A stretch of 60,220 bases of DNA, filler included, from 6 parts of 6 records of this genome joined end to end with filler, not necessarily neighbours in it; one strand, 5' to 3'; numbered from the whole stretch's first letter, positions 10,095-21,668 are shown. Program-made: numbers and translations. Notes: generated by a model from the letters alone, not told the origin.

Positions 10095-10318
10095 AGCTTG
10101 AGGATGCCCTACTTTTTATAAATCACTGTTATTGATTTGCAAAATATCATTGTCGGCATAAAATATTTGTTCAATCCATCACAAGACTTTTCCTAATCAT
10201 TTTATGTAAATTTAGCAACATCCCCACTAATTAATTGACACTTTTCTATGAATCTATTAATCAGTAAACTAATGGTACAAAGATTGTTTTGATTTGTTTA
10301 AGAGGGGGTGGAGCTTAA

Positions 10319-10800
10319 ATGCCAATACCAAACTTATTGACCAAACTCATTGTGAATATTAACCGGCTTCCATATGAGAAGCAGGAAGAGCTATTCCTGC
10401 TTTCCGAAGAGTGGCTCCAATCCAATAAAACGACTTCCCTCACAGCTGCAACTAAAAGATCCGTCCATTTCGAAAAAACCGATGCAGTACCCTCTTCTTC
10501 CCCCCCGCAGTTTCCCTCTCAGCCCCCTTCTACGTTCGGCGAAAAAGAGACGGATCCTGAAGTGACCTTATTTGAAGAGCGAGCACATGAACGAAAAGAG
10601 CTCTCGGTTCCCATTGAGTTTGTAGAGAGTGGCAGTCTTTATAAAGAGATCACTCAGGACATTAGTGCCGGTGGCGTTTTCATAAAGACGCAGAAACAAA
10701 AAAAGTTTAGAGAGGGACAAAGAATTTCAATGGTATTTTTGCTGGACGACTCCCAGAAGCCTTATAAATTATCAGGTACCATTGTTCGTGTGGAAAAAAA
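10319..10800 (+). CDS. PilZ domain protein (3' truncated)
   Basis: RxxxR (ERAHER) and DxSxxG (DISAGG) motifs; ends at the contig edge. Confidence 0.85.
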
Positions 10801-10900
10801 NNNNNNNNNNNNNNNNNNNNNNNNNNNNNNNNNNNNNNNNNNNNTTAATTAATTAANNNNNNNNNNNNNNNNNNNNNNNNNNNNNNNNNNNNNNNNNNNN
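10801..10900. other. Artificial contig linker
   Basis: N44-TTAATTAATTAA-N44 (stops in all six frames). Confidence 0.98.
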
Positions 10901-11227
10901 CCACCAAACAGCATAAGAAATAAATTTAAAACCCTTTGTTTCATCAAACTTCTTTGCAGCTTTTATCAAACCTAAATTTCCTTCATTAATCAAATCAGGG
11001 AGACTAAGTCCTTGATGTTGATATTGTTTAGCCACAGAAACAACGAAACGCAAATTTGCACGGGTCAACTTTTCAAGTGCCGCCTGATCACCTTTTTTTA
11101 TTCTTTGAGCTAACTCCACTTCTTCTTCCGGGGTAATAAGCTCCTCTTTGCTGATGTCATGCAGGTACTTTTCAAGTGAATCACTGTTTCTGTTCGTGAT
11201 CGATTTTGTAATCTTTAATTGTCTCAT
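10901..11227 (-). CDS. rpoD: Bacteroidetes primary sigma70 factor (3' truncated)
   Basis: [51 protein letters not shown]; lacks region 1.1. Confidence 0.9.
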
Positions 11228-11329
11228 CTTTCCTCCTTACTTGCAACTGATATTGCGGGTTTAGTGGTACAACAAAAAATGCAACTATTTGTTTTGAGAT
11301 TCTATTATATAGCCTCCTCAAAAATTGTA

Positions 11330-11337
11330 CAAAGTTA
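11330..11337 (-). promoter_or_regulatory. Bacteroidetes -7 promoter element (sigma factor gene)
   Basis: TAACTTTG on the minus strand matches TAnnTTTG. Confidence 0.5.
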
Positions 11338-11435
11338 AAAAATAACTACGTATAAATGAAATTAATATATGTGTTATATCTAAATTTTACGCATTCAAAA
11401 TATTAACAATTAATAAACGAATACACGTTAATATT

Positions 11436-11443
11436 TATTTTTG
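11436..11443 (+). promoter_or_regulatory. Bacteroidetes -7 promoter element (YkgJ gene)
   Basis: TATTTTTG matches TAnnTTTG, 33 bp before the ATG at 11477. Confidence 0.5.
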
Positions 11444-11476
11444 CCAAGCTCAAAAGATTTTGAAAACTGAATAAAA

Positions 11477-11956
11477 ATGAAAGATTACATAAAAAATTTA
11501 CTTGATGAAGCGAAACAGAATAAGAAAAAAATAGATTCGGTTTTCAAACGCTTAAAAAAAATACCCGAAAAAAACCTGGATAAACTTATTCACCCACTAC
11601 ACGAAAAAGCTTTTGAGCATATTGATTGCCTTGACTGTGCAAATTGCTGTTCATCAATCAGCCCCATATTATACAATAAGGATATTGATAGAATTGCTTC
11701 ATCGCTTCGAATAAAACCTTCAGAAGTAGTTGAAAAATACATTAAAATAGATGATGACAATGACTATGTATACAAAAGTAGCCCTTGTCCATTTCTAATG
11801 GATGATAATTGTTGTGCAGTTTATGAATCCCGCCCTAAAGCATGCCGCGAATACCCACACACAGACAGGAATAAGATGTTTCAAATAATGAATTTAACAA
11901 AAAAGAATGTGTATGTTTGCCCGGCAGTGTATTGGATAATTAAGAACATCCAATAA
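11477..11956 (+). CDS. YkgJ-family cysteine cluster protein
   Basis: CLDCANCC, PCPFL, CAVYESRPKACREYP. Confidence 0.85.
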   Translation: MKDYIKNLLDEAKQNKKKIDSVFKRLKKIPEKNLDKLIHPLHEKAFEHIDCLDCANCCSSISPILYNKDIDRIASSLRIKPSEVVEKYIKIDDDNDYVYKSSPCPFLMDDNCCAVYESRPKACREYPHTDRNKMFQIMNLTKKNVYVCPAVYWIIKNIQ

Positions 11957-11964
11957 ACCGATTT

Positions 11965-12852
11965 TTAAAATACTTTATTCTGCTTTACCATTACTTTTAA
12001 CCCATTGGGTACAACCCGAAAGCTTATCTTTTTACCCATTTCTATGGGTTCGCCATCATAATGGACAGCTCCTTTCTTTTTCCGATTCACAGCTACATTT
12101 TCAACTCTGTAGATATCAACATATTTACTTCTATCTAAAGATTTATTAAATAACCTAACGCCCAGATAAATCGCTTTTGGTTTTGGAAAAGGCTTAACAA
12201 TTGTTACATCAAGCAGGCCGTCTGTAATTTTAGCATCCGGGGATACATATGCATTATTGCCGAATTGTGAAGCATTTGCAATAGTAAGTAAAAATGCACG
12301 GGTTTTTATCTCCTTTTCATCAACCCAAATTTTATATTTCTTTTCTTTGTATGTAAAAAATTCTTTGAAAACAGCATTTGTATATGCCCAAAAACCTCGT
12401 TGATTACCTTCATCAAATACTTTCCCGATATGGGCATCAAAACCCAGTCCCGCTGTACAGAAAAATGGAATTTCATTAATTAAACCATAATCAATTGAAG
12501 TTATACCGGGATTATTAACAATATCAATTGCCTTGTCTAATTTTACAGGAATTTTCAAATGCCTGGCCAATCCATTTCCTGAACCCGATGGTATTATTCC
12601 CAAAACGGCCTCGGTATTTATTAAAGCAGAACCAACTTCATTCACAGTTCCATCGCCTCCAACTGCAATAATTTTATTAATCCCCTTGCTAAGTGCATCT
12701 TTCGCTATCTCTCTTGCATCACCCTGACCTTTAGTTTCGTACAAGGTGTATTCATATTTTTGAAAATCAAGTTTCTCTTTAATTAATTGTCCAATATTCT
12801 CTTTTCTTCCCCCGGCTATTGGATTTATAATAAAACAAATTTTTTCTTTCAT
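11965..12852 (-). CDS. YegS/DAGK-family lipid kinase
   Basis: FIINPIAG, AVGGDGTVNEV, IPSGSGNGLA, GLGFDA, QFGNN, HYDGE. Confidence 0.9.
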   Translation of the reverse strand: MKEKICFIINPIAGGRKENIGQLIKEKLDFQKYEYTLYETKGQGDAREIAKDALSKGINKIIAVGGDGTVNEVGSALINTEAVLGIIPSGSGNGLARHLKIPVKLDKAIDIVNNPGITSIDYGLINEIPFFCTAGLGFDAHIGKVFDEGNQRGFWAYTNAVFKEFFTYKEKKYKIWVDEKEIKTRAFLLTIANASQFGNNAYVSPDAKITDGLLDVTIVKPFPKPKAIYLGVRLFNKSLDRSKYVDIYRVENVAVNRKKKGAVHYDGEPIEMGKKISFRVVPNGLKVMVKQNKVF

Positions 12853-12990
12853 TCTTAAAATCAAATACTAATTGCAGAACAACTTTGTTAAATTTAAGTT
12901 TCTAAAATATATAAACCTAGATTTTTTTACAATAATGGCTACATTTATGCCGTTTATGTGATACTTAAAACCAATAGATGGTTTAAAATT

Positions 12991-14046
12991 ATGCAGGCTA
13001 AAAAATATCTACTATTATCTTTAATTCTTGTATCGCTTTTTAAAATATCTAATGCCCAATTAGGTGGTACATATTCGTATGCTTTTCTAAATCTCACAAA
13101 TTCTGCCAGGGTAGCAGCGTTAGGTGGAGAAATGATTTCCATTTATGATAACGATTTAAACCTGGCATTTCACAATCCGGCCCTGCTCAATGAAAGTATG
13201 GATAACCACTTAGTATTTAATTACGTAGGCTATTTTGCAGATATTAAATATGGCTACGCCAGTTATGCGAGAACAATACCCAAGATAGGAAATATTGCAC
13301 TGGGAATACATCACATTAATTATGGAGAATTTATTGAAGCAGATGCCACATCACAAAAAATTGGGACTTTCCAGGCTGCAGAATATGCTGTTAATTTAAT
13401 GTGGTCTACATATCTTGATAGTCTTTTTTATATCGGTGGAACAATTAAACCTATATACAATTCCCTGGAGAAGTATAACTCTTTTGCACTTGCTGTAGAT
13501 TTAGGAATCAGTTATTATAGTGAGAATAAATTATTCTCAGCTTCACTGGCAATACAAAATGCAGGATTTCAATTAAAAAAATACTACGAAGGTGCTGATA
13601 ACGAACCTTTGCCTTTTAAAATTCAGGCAGGAATATCGCAAAAACTTCAATATGCTCCTTTTAGACTTTATATTACGGCAACCAATCTTCACAAATTCGA
13701 TTTGAGTTATGAAAAGGAGGAGGAAGAAACGACCAGTATTTTCAATGAATCATCAAATGAAAAGAGCAAACTTGAAGAAACTGCGGATAATGCTATGAGG
13801 CACATAAATCTGGGAGTTGAATTTACACCGCTCGATAATTTTTATTTACGATTGGGGTATAACTACCGTCGCAGACAAGAAATGAAAATTGATGACCGGG
13901 TAGCCATGGTAGGATTCTCCTGGGGATTTGGTGTGAAAATTAAACGTTTCCATCTAAGCTACGGAAGAGCCATGTACCATTTGTCTGGTGCATCCAATCA
14001 TTTTTCGCTAAGCACTAACCTTTACGAATTTTACCGCAGAAATTAA
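12991..14046 (+). CDS. porQ: Type IX secretion system outer-membrane protein PorQ
   Basis: Signal peptide, YAFLNLTNSARVAALGG, NPALL, LRLGYNYRRRQEM, GFSWGFG; lies upstream of cmk as in Bacteroidetes. Confidence 0.85.
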   Translation: MQAKKYLLLSLILVSLFKISNAQLGGTYSYAFLNLTNSARVAALGGEMISIYDNDLNLAFHNPALLNESMDNHLVFNYVGYFADIKYGYASYARTIPKIGNIALGIHHINYGEFIEADATSQKIGTFQAAEYAVNLMWSTYLDSLFYIGGTIKPIYNSLEKYNSFALAVDLGISYYSENKLFSASLAIQNAGFQLKKYYEGADNEPLPFKIQAGISQKLQYAPFRLYITATNLHKFDLSYEKEEEETTSIFNESSNEKSKLEETADNAMRHINLGVEFTPLDNFYLRLGYNYRRRQEMKIDDRVAMVGFSWGFGVKIKRFHLSYGRAMYHLSGASNHFSLSTNLYEFYRRN

Positions 14047-14050
14047 ATTC

Positions 14051-14058
14051 TATCTTTG
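14051..14058 (+). promoter_or_regulatory. Bacteroidetes -7 promoter element (cmk-ispH)
   Basis: TATCTTTG immediately upstream of the cmk start. Confidence 0.6.
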
Positions 14059-14073
14059 CAGAAATACAAATTG

Positions 14074-14771
14074 ATGCAAGTAAAAAAGATATAATTATCG
14101 CAATTGATGGTCATTCTTCTTGCGGTAAAAGCACCTTTGCCAAATTAATCGCCTCCAAACTAAATTACAAATACATTGACACGGGCGCTATGTACCGTGC
14201 TACAACACTGTATGCTTTACAGAATAAATTATTTAACTCAGAATCGCTTAACATTCATGGATTGATTGGTTCTCTACACAAAATAAATATTGATTTTCAA
14301 CCAAATCCGGAATCAAATACAAACGACATTTTGCTAAATGGTATTAACGTTGAAAAAAAAATAAGAACTCTTGAAGTCTCAAACCATGTAAGCGAAGTAA
14401 GCACAATTAAGGAAGTAAGGGTTAAAATGGTAGCACTTCAACAAAAGATGGGAAACACAAAAGGAATAGTAATGGACGGAAGGGACATTGGGACAGTGGT
14501 TTTCCCGGAAGCTGAATTAAAAATATTCCTTACCGCTTCTCCTGAAATACGCGCAAAACGTAGATATAAAGAACTTCTTGAAAAAGGAGACGAGGTATCT
14601 TACGAGAGTGTTTTGGAAAATGTAATTAAGCGAGATAAGATTGATTCTACACGAAAGGAGTCTCCGCTAAAACAAGCCAATGATGCATTGTTGCTAGACA
14701 ATAGCACAATGACAATGGAAGATGAATGGGATTGGGTTTTGAACAAGCTTAAAGAGCTAGATGTTTTATGA
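14074..14771 (+). CDS. cmk: Cytidylate kinase (true start upstream of the ORF call; one A missing in run 14082-14087)
   Basis: IIIAIDGHSSCGKST P-loop in frame upstream of 14190; IDTGAMYRA, MDGRDIGTVVFP, RDKIDSTRKESPL. Confidence 0.93.
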
Positions 14772-15634
14772 CAAAAAAGTTGACTATTCATGTAGATCAA
14801 AAAGCCGGGTTCTGCTTTGGCGTTGAGAAAGCTATTCAACAGGCAGAAAAATATTTAAACGATAATAAATCGCTTTACTGTCTGGGTGAAATGGTTCACA
14901 ACGAGGCTGAAGTGAAAAGACTGACATCGTTAGGACTGGTTACAATCGACAGAGAAACTTATAAAACGTTAAAAAACACCACTGTTCTTTTACGTGCTCA
15001 CGGAGAACCTCCGGAAACCTATGAAATTGCCAAACGTAATAACATAACACTTATTGACGCTACCTGCCCTTTGGTTATCCGATTGCAAAAGAAAGTGAAA
15101 GATTCAGCAGAAACTTCTGATGAAATAATAATCTACGGAAAAAAAACTCACCCTGAAGTTATTGGTTTGGCAGGGCAATCGCCAGAAAAAACAAAGATTA
15201 TTGAAAACGAAAGTGACTTAGATAATATAGAACCATTAAATAACACTCAACTTTATTCTCAAACTACAAAAAGCCTTAATGCATACCTAAAGATTAAGGA
15301 AAAACTAGAAAAAAAGATTGAGTCTGATCCCACAAAAAAAATGACTTTTAATAATTCTATTTGCAAACAGGTTCATAATCGCAATGATAACCTTGTTGAA
15401 TTTTGCGAACGATTTGACACCATAATTTTTGTTGGAGGAACAAAAAGCTCAAACGCAAAGGTTCTCTTTGAAATATGCAAAAAAGCAAACCAAAATTCCC
15501 ATTTCATCAGCTCCATTGAAGAAATAAATATCGATTGGTTTACATCTGCTAATTCTATTGGGATTTCGGGCGCCACCTCAACTCCAGCATGGTTGTTAGA
15601 AAAGGTAAAAATGCATTTGGAGGAAACTTACTAA
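14768..15634 (+). CDS. ispH: 4-hydroxy-3-methylbut-2-enyl diphosphate reductase
   Basis: AGFCFGV, HN, RAHG, DATCP, HPEV, SQTT, IC, SSN, GATSTP. Confidence 0.95.
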   Translation: MTKKLTIHVDQKAGFCFGVEKAIQQAEKYLNDNKSLYCLGEMVHNEAEVKRLTSLGLVTIDRETYKTLKNTTVLLRAHGEPPETYEIAKRNNITLIDATCPLVIRLQKKVKDSAETSDEIIIYGKKTHPEVIGLAGQSPEKTKIIENESDLDNIEPLNNTQLYSQTTKSLNAYLKIKEKLEKKIESDPTKKMTFNNSICKQVHNRNDNLVEFCERFDTIIFVGGTKSSNAKVLFEICKKANQNSHFISSIEEINIDWFTSANSIGISGATSTPAWLLEKVKMHLEETY

Positions 15635-15638
15635 AATA

Positions 15639-17702
15639 TTACTCGCCAATATCAAAAAAACTTTTATACCTGACAATTTCCAGGTCATCGAAAAACACGG
15701 GCTCACGTTCCGGATTGTAAACATAAATTTTAAGTTCTTGTCCTTCTAATTCAGAGCCAATAAAAAACTCTTTTGATAATTTTTCCCAACCTGTTGAGTC
15801 AGTTTCAACAATTTTCGAGTTACCATGATAAAACTGATTGGGTTCACTGGAAGCAATCAGGTGTCCTTTTGTACCGTTCTCAGAATATCTCCATACATAG
15901 ATTTCAAAACTTTCCCCATTTACCAATGAATCAAGCGTAATCGTCATACCAAAAGGTGATTCTGAATTTAGTTTGACTGAATTTTTGCTATTGAAGCCTA
16001 TTTCTCCAGATTGGGTTGCTCCTCCCTCAAACAGACTACTATCTAACAAGCCAACAAAATAATTTTCATCCTCACTTAGAACTTCAACATCACAAATTTT
16101 ATGGGATACTATTTCTCTATTTTTTATTGAGAAATTTGTATTATTAGTTCTTAAATCGAATACCAACAGGTCTTTATAATTACCCTTTAAGTTTGTACAG
16201 AAACTTTGCAAATAGGGCTTTGAATAAAGTTGGTCAAAACCATTAACAAGGATATATTTCGCACCGTAATTGATTGATTTTTGCACACCTATCGAGTCCT
16301 GGTTATATCGAATCGATTCTCCCCGCATAAATCTTGCATCCGTATATTCTGTCCAACCTTTTTGATTCATAAGATACAGAGAAGCATGGCTCCCATCGGG
16401 AATTGAAATTACCGTATCATTTATTGAAATGCCCAAATCTCTCAAAAACGGCGTTGCCGTATATACAGCTTCATTTCTTTTAAAGTCGTTCATCCAACTG
16501 TTTATATCATATCGATTTTTCAACCTCTGATTTGCATAGTAAATATTGAAAACCAGCAACAAACCAAAAATACTTTTAGATATAAAAGAATTAAATACTA
16601 TGGAATGCCTATCTTTAAGAATCAAAAATGCAGTAACCACCAAAATTACAGGTAGTATAAATAAATCAATAGTGTAGTAATCGTGATCTGCGAATGTCCA
16701 AAATTGAAGTATAAAATAGAGGACTGCTTCAACAAATAGAATTATAGAAATTGTTACAAAAAACTTATTTCCCCTTCTAAAATTGACTACCACATACAGT
16801 GTACAAATCAGTATAAAAATTAATGCTGAAGCATGAAAATATTCAGGCACCCACAATTTTTTTATTTGGACGAGAATTCCTTTTATATCCTCAAGGCTAA
16901 AATCCCAGATTGGGAATATTGTTGTTGAGAAATAAGTAGTATCATGTGCTTTATTAAATTTATCAGCATAAATAATCCAAGACCCAACAATTAATAAGAT
17001 TGTAACAATCGATAACACAAAATACAACTGGTGTTGAAACAGTTTTTTCGATTGCTAAAATCTTTGACTCCAAGTAGTTCTAAAAAGTAAGTTCCCGCAA
17101 TAGCGAACATACTGAACAAGGCCGTTACCTTAAATGAGGCTGCTAATAAGAAGGCTGCAAATGAAATAATTAACAATTTTAACCGCAGCTCGAACATATA
17201 CTTCGTAAAGTAATACCAACCAACAAAAACAAAGGCCAATGCAGAAGAGTTGGATATATAGTTATTTCCATAATAAACCAAAACCGGGGAAGTAAAAATG
17301 AATATTGTTATGGCAATAGACCAAAACGAATCGTTATATAAATAAAGAAGTAACCTGAAAAGATAAAATAGTCCAAGAAAAAAATCAATGTATTAAAAAT
17401 TCGATAGACCCAATCGTGATACCCGAAAACTTTATATAAAATCGCTACGGAATAGTATAAGATTGGAATTTCACTTGTGCAGACCTTACCACTTGTTCCC
17501 CCATCAGAAGTTAAGTTATGGGTCTCTGGTTTAAAAACCTCATTCCCCCTTGGTGGTAATTCAAAGCTATTGATGCACAATCTGATTGTCTCCACTTATG
17601 AATTGATTGTGGTTTTTTAAAAACAATTTCATGGTATTTATAGTATATAGATACACTTACTAACAAGATGACAAAAAATATGATGGATTGATTTTTTTTC
17701 AT
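15639..17702 (-). CDS. ArnT/GT-C-like polytopic glycosyltransferase with C-terminal beta-sandwich domain (several frameshifts)
   Basis: Four consecutive ORF fragments; SIHKWRQSDCASIALNY, EIPILYY, many TM segments, C-terminal VFFDDLEI. Confidence 0.65.
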
Positions 17703-17800
17703 TTATAATATAAATAGAAAATATTAGTTTCAAATATAGGTTTTTAGCAGATTTTATGCCATTTTTATATTAATACCTTTGTAACTCTAAAAATTAAATA

Positions 17801-17928
17801 ATGAGAAGAATACAGTTATTGGCAATATGTTTCATATTATATACAAATAGTTTTGCGCATCAATTTATCCAGGACACCATACCTATTACAAAAGAAGAAC
17901 TTATTATTGAATCGAATATTGACGCTAA
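17801..17928 (+). CDS. Exported protein, N-terminus only
   Basis: MRRIQLLAICFILYTNSFA signal peptide, open to the contig edge; TACCTTTG -7 element at 17774-17781. Confidence 0.5.
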
Positions 17929-18028
17929 NNNNNNNNNNNNNNNNNNNNNNNNNNNNNNNNNNNNNNNNNNNNTTAATTAATTAANNNNNNNNNNNNNNNN
18001 NNNNNNNNNNNNNNNNNNNNNNNNNNNN
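17929..18028. other. Artificial contig linker
   Basis: N44-TTAATTAATTAA-N44. Confidence 0.98.
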
Positions 18029-20604
18029 TTTTCCTCAGGTGTCGGATCTGTCTCACCTTTTGGTGTCACCTTTCCAACCAGGATGTCTCCGGCACTCACT
18101 TCTGCACCGACTCGGATGATACCGTTTTCATCAAGATCTTTTGTCGCTTCTTCACTCACATTGGGAATTTCACGAGTTAGCTCTTCTTCCCCACGTTTTG
18201 TATCACGAACCTGAAGATCAAATTCTTCGATATGAACCGATGTATAAATATCATCCCGAACGACACGTTCAGAAATAACGATCGCATCCTCAAAATTATA
18301 ACCACGCCATGGCATAAAAGCGACCAAGACGTTACGACCTAGCGCCAATTCACCGCCATCGGTCGCAGCACCGTCTGCTATAACCTGACCCTTGTGAATC
18401 TTATCGCCCACAGATACGATGGGTTTTTGATTAATACAGGTATCCTGGTTCGTTCTCATAAATTTCGTCAAACGGTAAGTTACGAGATCCGATTTATCGA
18501 AATCTAAAAAGTTTTCGCGATCATCCAGATTTTCTTCGACCTCATCTCTGCGTATGGAAATCTTTTTAGCGTCAACGATTTCAACAATACCATCTACTTC
18601 GCTGACGACAACGGCTCTGGAGTCCCGTGCAACTTTTGCTTCCATACCTGTTCCAACAAAAGGAGCTTCCGGCTTTAACAATGGTACAGCTTGTCTCTGC
18701 ATATTCGATCCCATGAGTGCACGGTTTGCATCATCATGTTCAAGAAAGGGGATCAATGAGGCGGCAGCTGATACGATCTGTGCAGGTGAAACATCCATAT
18801 ACTTCACCTGGTCAGGTGGAACAATTGGAAATTCACCGCGATATCGGCTTTTCACTTTTTCATTTATAAACTGACCCTGTTCGTCGAGAAGCTCGTTAGC
18901 CTGAGCTACAATTTTTTCTTCCTCGTCATCAGCAGTCAGAAAATGAATATTTGTTGTGGGACGACCATCTTCAACGGTACGGTAAGGAGCCTCTATAAAT
19001 CCAAAGTCGTTTATTCGGGCAAATGTGGTCAATGAAGAAATCAACCCAATATTAGGACCTTCCGGCGTTTCAATTGGACACAAGCGGCCATAGTGAGTAT
19101 AGTGAACATCACGCACTTCAAAACCGGCTCGTTCTCTGGTTAAACCACCAGGCCCTAAGGCTGATAAACGTCGTTTATGGGTTAACTCGGATAAAGGATT
19201 GGTCTGATCCATAAATTGAGAAAGCTGACTGGTACCAAAAAACGTATTGATAACAGACAGAATCGTTCTGGCATTAACCAAATCCTGAGGTGTCGGATCT
19301 TCGCTCTCTCTTAAATTCATTCGTTCCTTGATCGTCCTGGCCATACGCGCGAGTCCAACACTCATCTGAGCGGACAGCTGTTCGCCGACAGTCTTGACGC
19401 GTCTGTTGCCAAGGTGATCAATATCATCAGCAGACCGTTTACCCTTCCTCAGATCAAGCAGTAATTTAATAATACCGACGATATCTTCTTTGGTAAGTGC
19501 AGTGAATTTTGGATCAACACCGACAGCTAACTTTTTATTTAAACGGTGTCGTCCAACTTCACCCAAGTCATATCGTTTCGGATTAAAAAACAATCGATCA
19601 ATCAACATTTTTGCCGTATCGATATCAGGTGGTTCACCTGAGCGTAATTGCTGATAGATTAACTGTAAGGCCTGACCTTGAGTTTTAGTAGGATCTTTAA
19701 TAATCGTATTACTGATTATTTCCGGTCCGAATATTCTATCTATTTTCAGAATCTCAATCTTTTTGAGACCGAGGCTCTTTAAAACTTCAATATTTTGATC
19801 GTGAATTTCTTCAAATTTGTCTACAACAACCTCTCCGGTAGTCATATCTATGATATCATCGACCACTTTAGATCCAACACACTCTTCAATATTTTCTTTA
19901 GTCAGGTCTATTTCCTGAATAAGTTCAAACTCTTCAAGTATGTCTCTATCTGTTGAAATGCCAATAGCACGTAGCAATTGCGTCACCAGAAATTTCTTTC
20001 TGCGATCAATATACACGTGCATAACATCATTAATATCAGTGGTAAATTCGATCCACGATCCTCTTAGAGGAATAATACGAGCGGAATATAACCTGGTTCC
20101 GTTTGGATGCATCAGTTCATCAAAAAAGACGCCAGGCGAACGATGTAACTGACTTACAATAATTCGCTCAGCACCATTAATAATAAACGTGCCCCTGTTT
20201 GTCATATAAGGCATATTACCAAGATAAACCACCTGCTCTATAGAATTGGCAAATGGATTATTGGCGTCATACTCGTCTTTTATAGAAAGACGTAATTTTG
20301 CCTTTAATGCAACAGAATAGGTCGTACCCCTCTCTTGGCATTCCTCGACAGAGTATTTAGGTGTTTCAATATAGTATTCAATAAAATCTAGAACAAAATT
20401 CTCACGACTGTCAACGATAGGAAAGATATTTTTTAATACAGCCTGAAATCCCGTGTCTGGCCTCTTGTGAGGTAGTGTATCAGGCTGCAAAAATTCTTTA
20501 TAAGATTTTAACTGGATATCCAACAAATCTGGGATGTCGACCGCAGTGGGAATTTTAGAAAAAGATACTCTTTGTCTTTTTGAGCCAACTGCCAAAGGAT
20601 TCAC
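18029..20604 (-). CDS. rpoB: RNA polymerase beta subunit (3' truncated)
   Basis: [76 protein letters not shown] start. Confidence 0.99.
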
Positions 20605-20633
20605 TCCCTTTCAATAATTTTCAACAACAGCTT

Positions 20634-20664
20634 AAAAAACCGAGCCTTGAGAGCCCGGTTTTTT
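20634..20664 (-). terminator. Intrinsic terminator/attenuator between rplL and rpoB
   Basis: Minus strand AAAAAACCGGGC-TCTCAAG-GCTCGGTTTTTT: GC stem plus U tract. Confidence 0.75.
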
Positions 20665-20682
20665 CAAGAGTGTTTCGAAATT

Positions 20683-21114
20683 TTATTTGACTTCGACCTC
20701 TGCTCCAGCTTCTTCCAGCTTGGATTTGATATCATCAGCCTCTTCTTTTGTGACGGCTTCTTTTACATTGCTGGGTGCACCATCAACAAGCGCTTTGGCT
20801 TCTTTTAAACCCAAGTTAGTTAAAGAACGAACGACTTTGATAACCTGAATCTTTTGAGATCCAGCAGCTTTCAAAACAACATCAAATTCTGTTTGTTCTT
20901 CGACTTCAGCGGCTGCTCCGCCATCACCAGCAGGTGCACCAGCTGCAACAGCAACAGGAGCTGCTGTAACACCAAATTTATCCTCTAAGGCTTTTACAAG
21001 CTTGGATAACTGAAGGACGGTCATCTCTTCGATTGATTTGAGAATCTCTTCTACCTTCGCATCAACGACTTCTGCAGTTTTGCTTTCAACTGCTGCTTCT
21101 TCATTTGCGGGCAT
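20683..21114 (-). CDS. rplL: 50S ribosomal protein L7/L12
   Basis: [45 protein letters not shown]. Confidence 0.98.
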   Translation of the reverse strand: MPANEEAAVESKTAEVVDAKVEEILKSIEEMTVLQLSKLVKALEDKFGVTAAPVAVAAGAPAGDGGAAAEVEEQTEFDVVLKAAGSQKIQVIKVVRSLTNLGLKEAKALVDGAPSNVKEAVTKEEADDIKSKLEEAGAEVEVK

Positions 21115-21149
21115 TTCTACCTCCCGTTTAAGTTGTTCGATATAAAAAC

Positions 21150-21668
21150 TTAACTTTCTTTTTTATCTTTTATTTGATCTAAAGCATAAACAAGATTGCT
21201 CATAAGTGATCTCAAACCACCTACAAACCCTGACAGGGGCGAAGCAATTCCAGCAACTACCTGACCCAGCAGAACCTCACGTGTAGGAATACTTCGTAAT
21301 TCTTCTGCTGATTTCTCATCAAGTATCTGACCCTCAACTATCGCCGCTTTTATTTCTGGTTTTTTCTTTGTTTTCTTAAAATCATAAATAATTCTAACCG
21401 GAGCAATTGGATCTTCAAACGCCATGGCAAGACCGGTAGGACCATTTAGATATTTGACCATATCATCATAGCCAACCTTTTCAGCCGAACGTTTTGCCAG
21501 TGTATTTTTAACGATCTTGTACTTGACTCCAGCTTTACGGAATTGCTGTCTCAGTTCGGTCATATCATCGACAGACAACCCTTCAAAGTCAGTCATGAAG
21601 ATACTTTTCGCATTGCTCAGTTCTTCACTGATTTCTTCAACTTTTTTTAACTTATCTGGTTGTGCCAT
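21150..21668 (-). CDS. rplJ: 50S ribosomal protein L10
   Basis: DFEGLSV, IVKNTLA, LNGPTG. Confidence 0.97.
   Translation of the reverse strand: MAQPDKLKKVEEISEELSNAKSIFMTDFEGLSVDDMTELRQQFRKAGVKYKIVKNTLAKRSAEKVGYDDMVKYLNGPTGLAMAFEDPIAPVRIIYDFKKTKKKPEIKAAIVEGQILDEKSAEELRSIPTREVLLGQVVAGIASPLSGFVGGLRSLMSNLVYALDQIKDKKES

Noticed and set aside
10273-10288. Sigma54 promoter upstream of PilZ (TGGTAC-N5-TTGT)
   Set aside because: The -12 GC is GT and the -24 box is imperfect; too weak to call.
10845-10856. Repeated TTAATTAATTAA as a biological repeat
   Set aside because: It is always centred in N runs; it is an assembly spacer with six-frame stops.
19130-19260. Rifampicin-resistance alleles in rpoB
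   Set aside because: Cluster I ([25 protein letters not shown]) has the usual sensitive residues.
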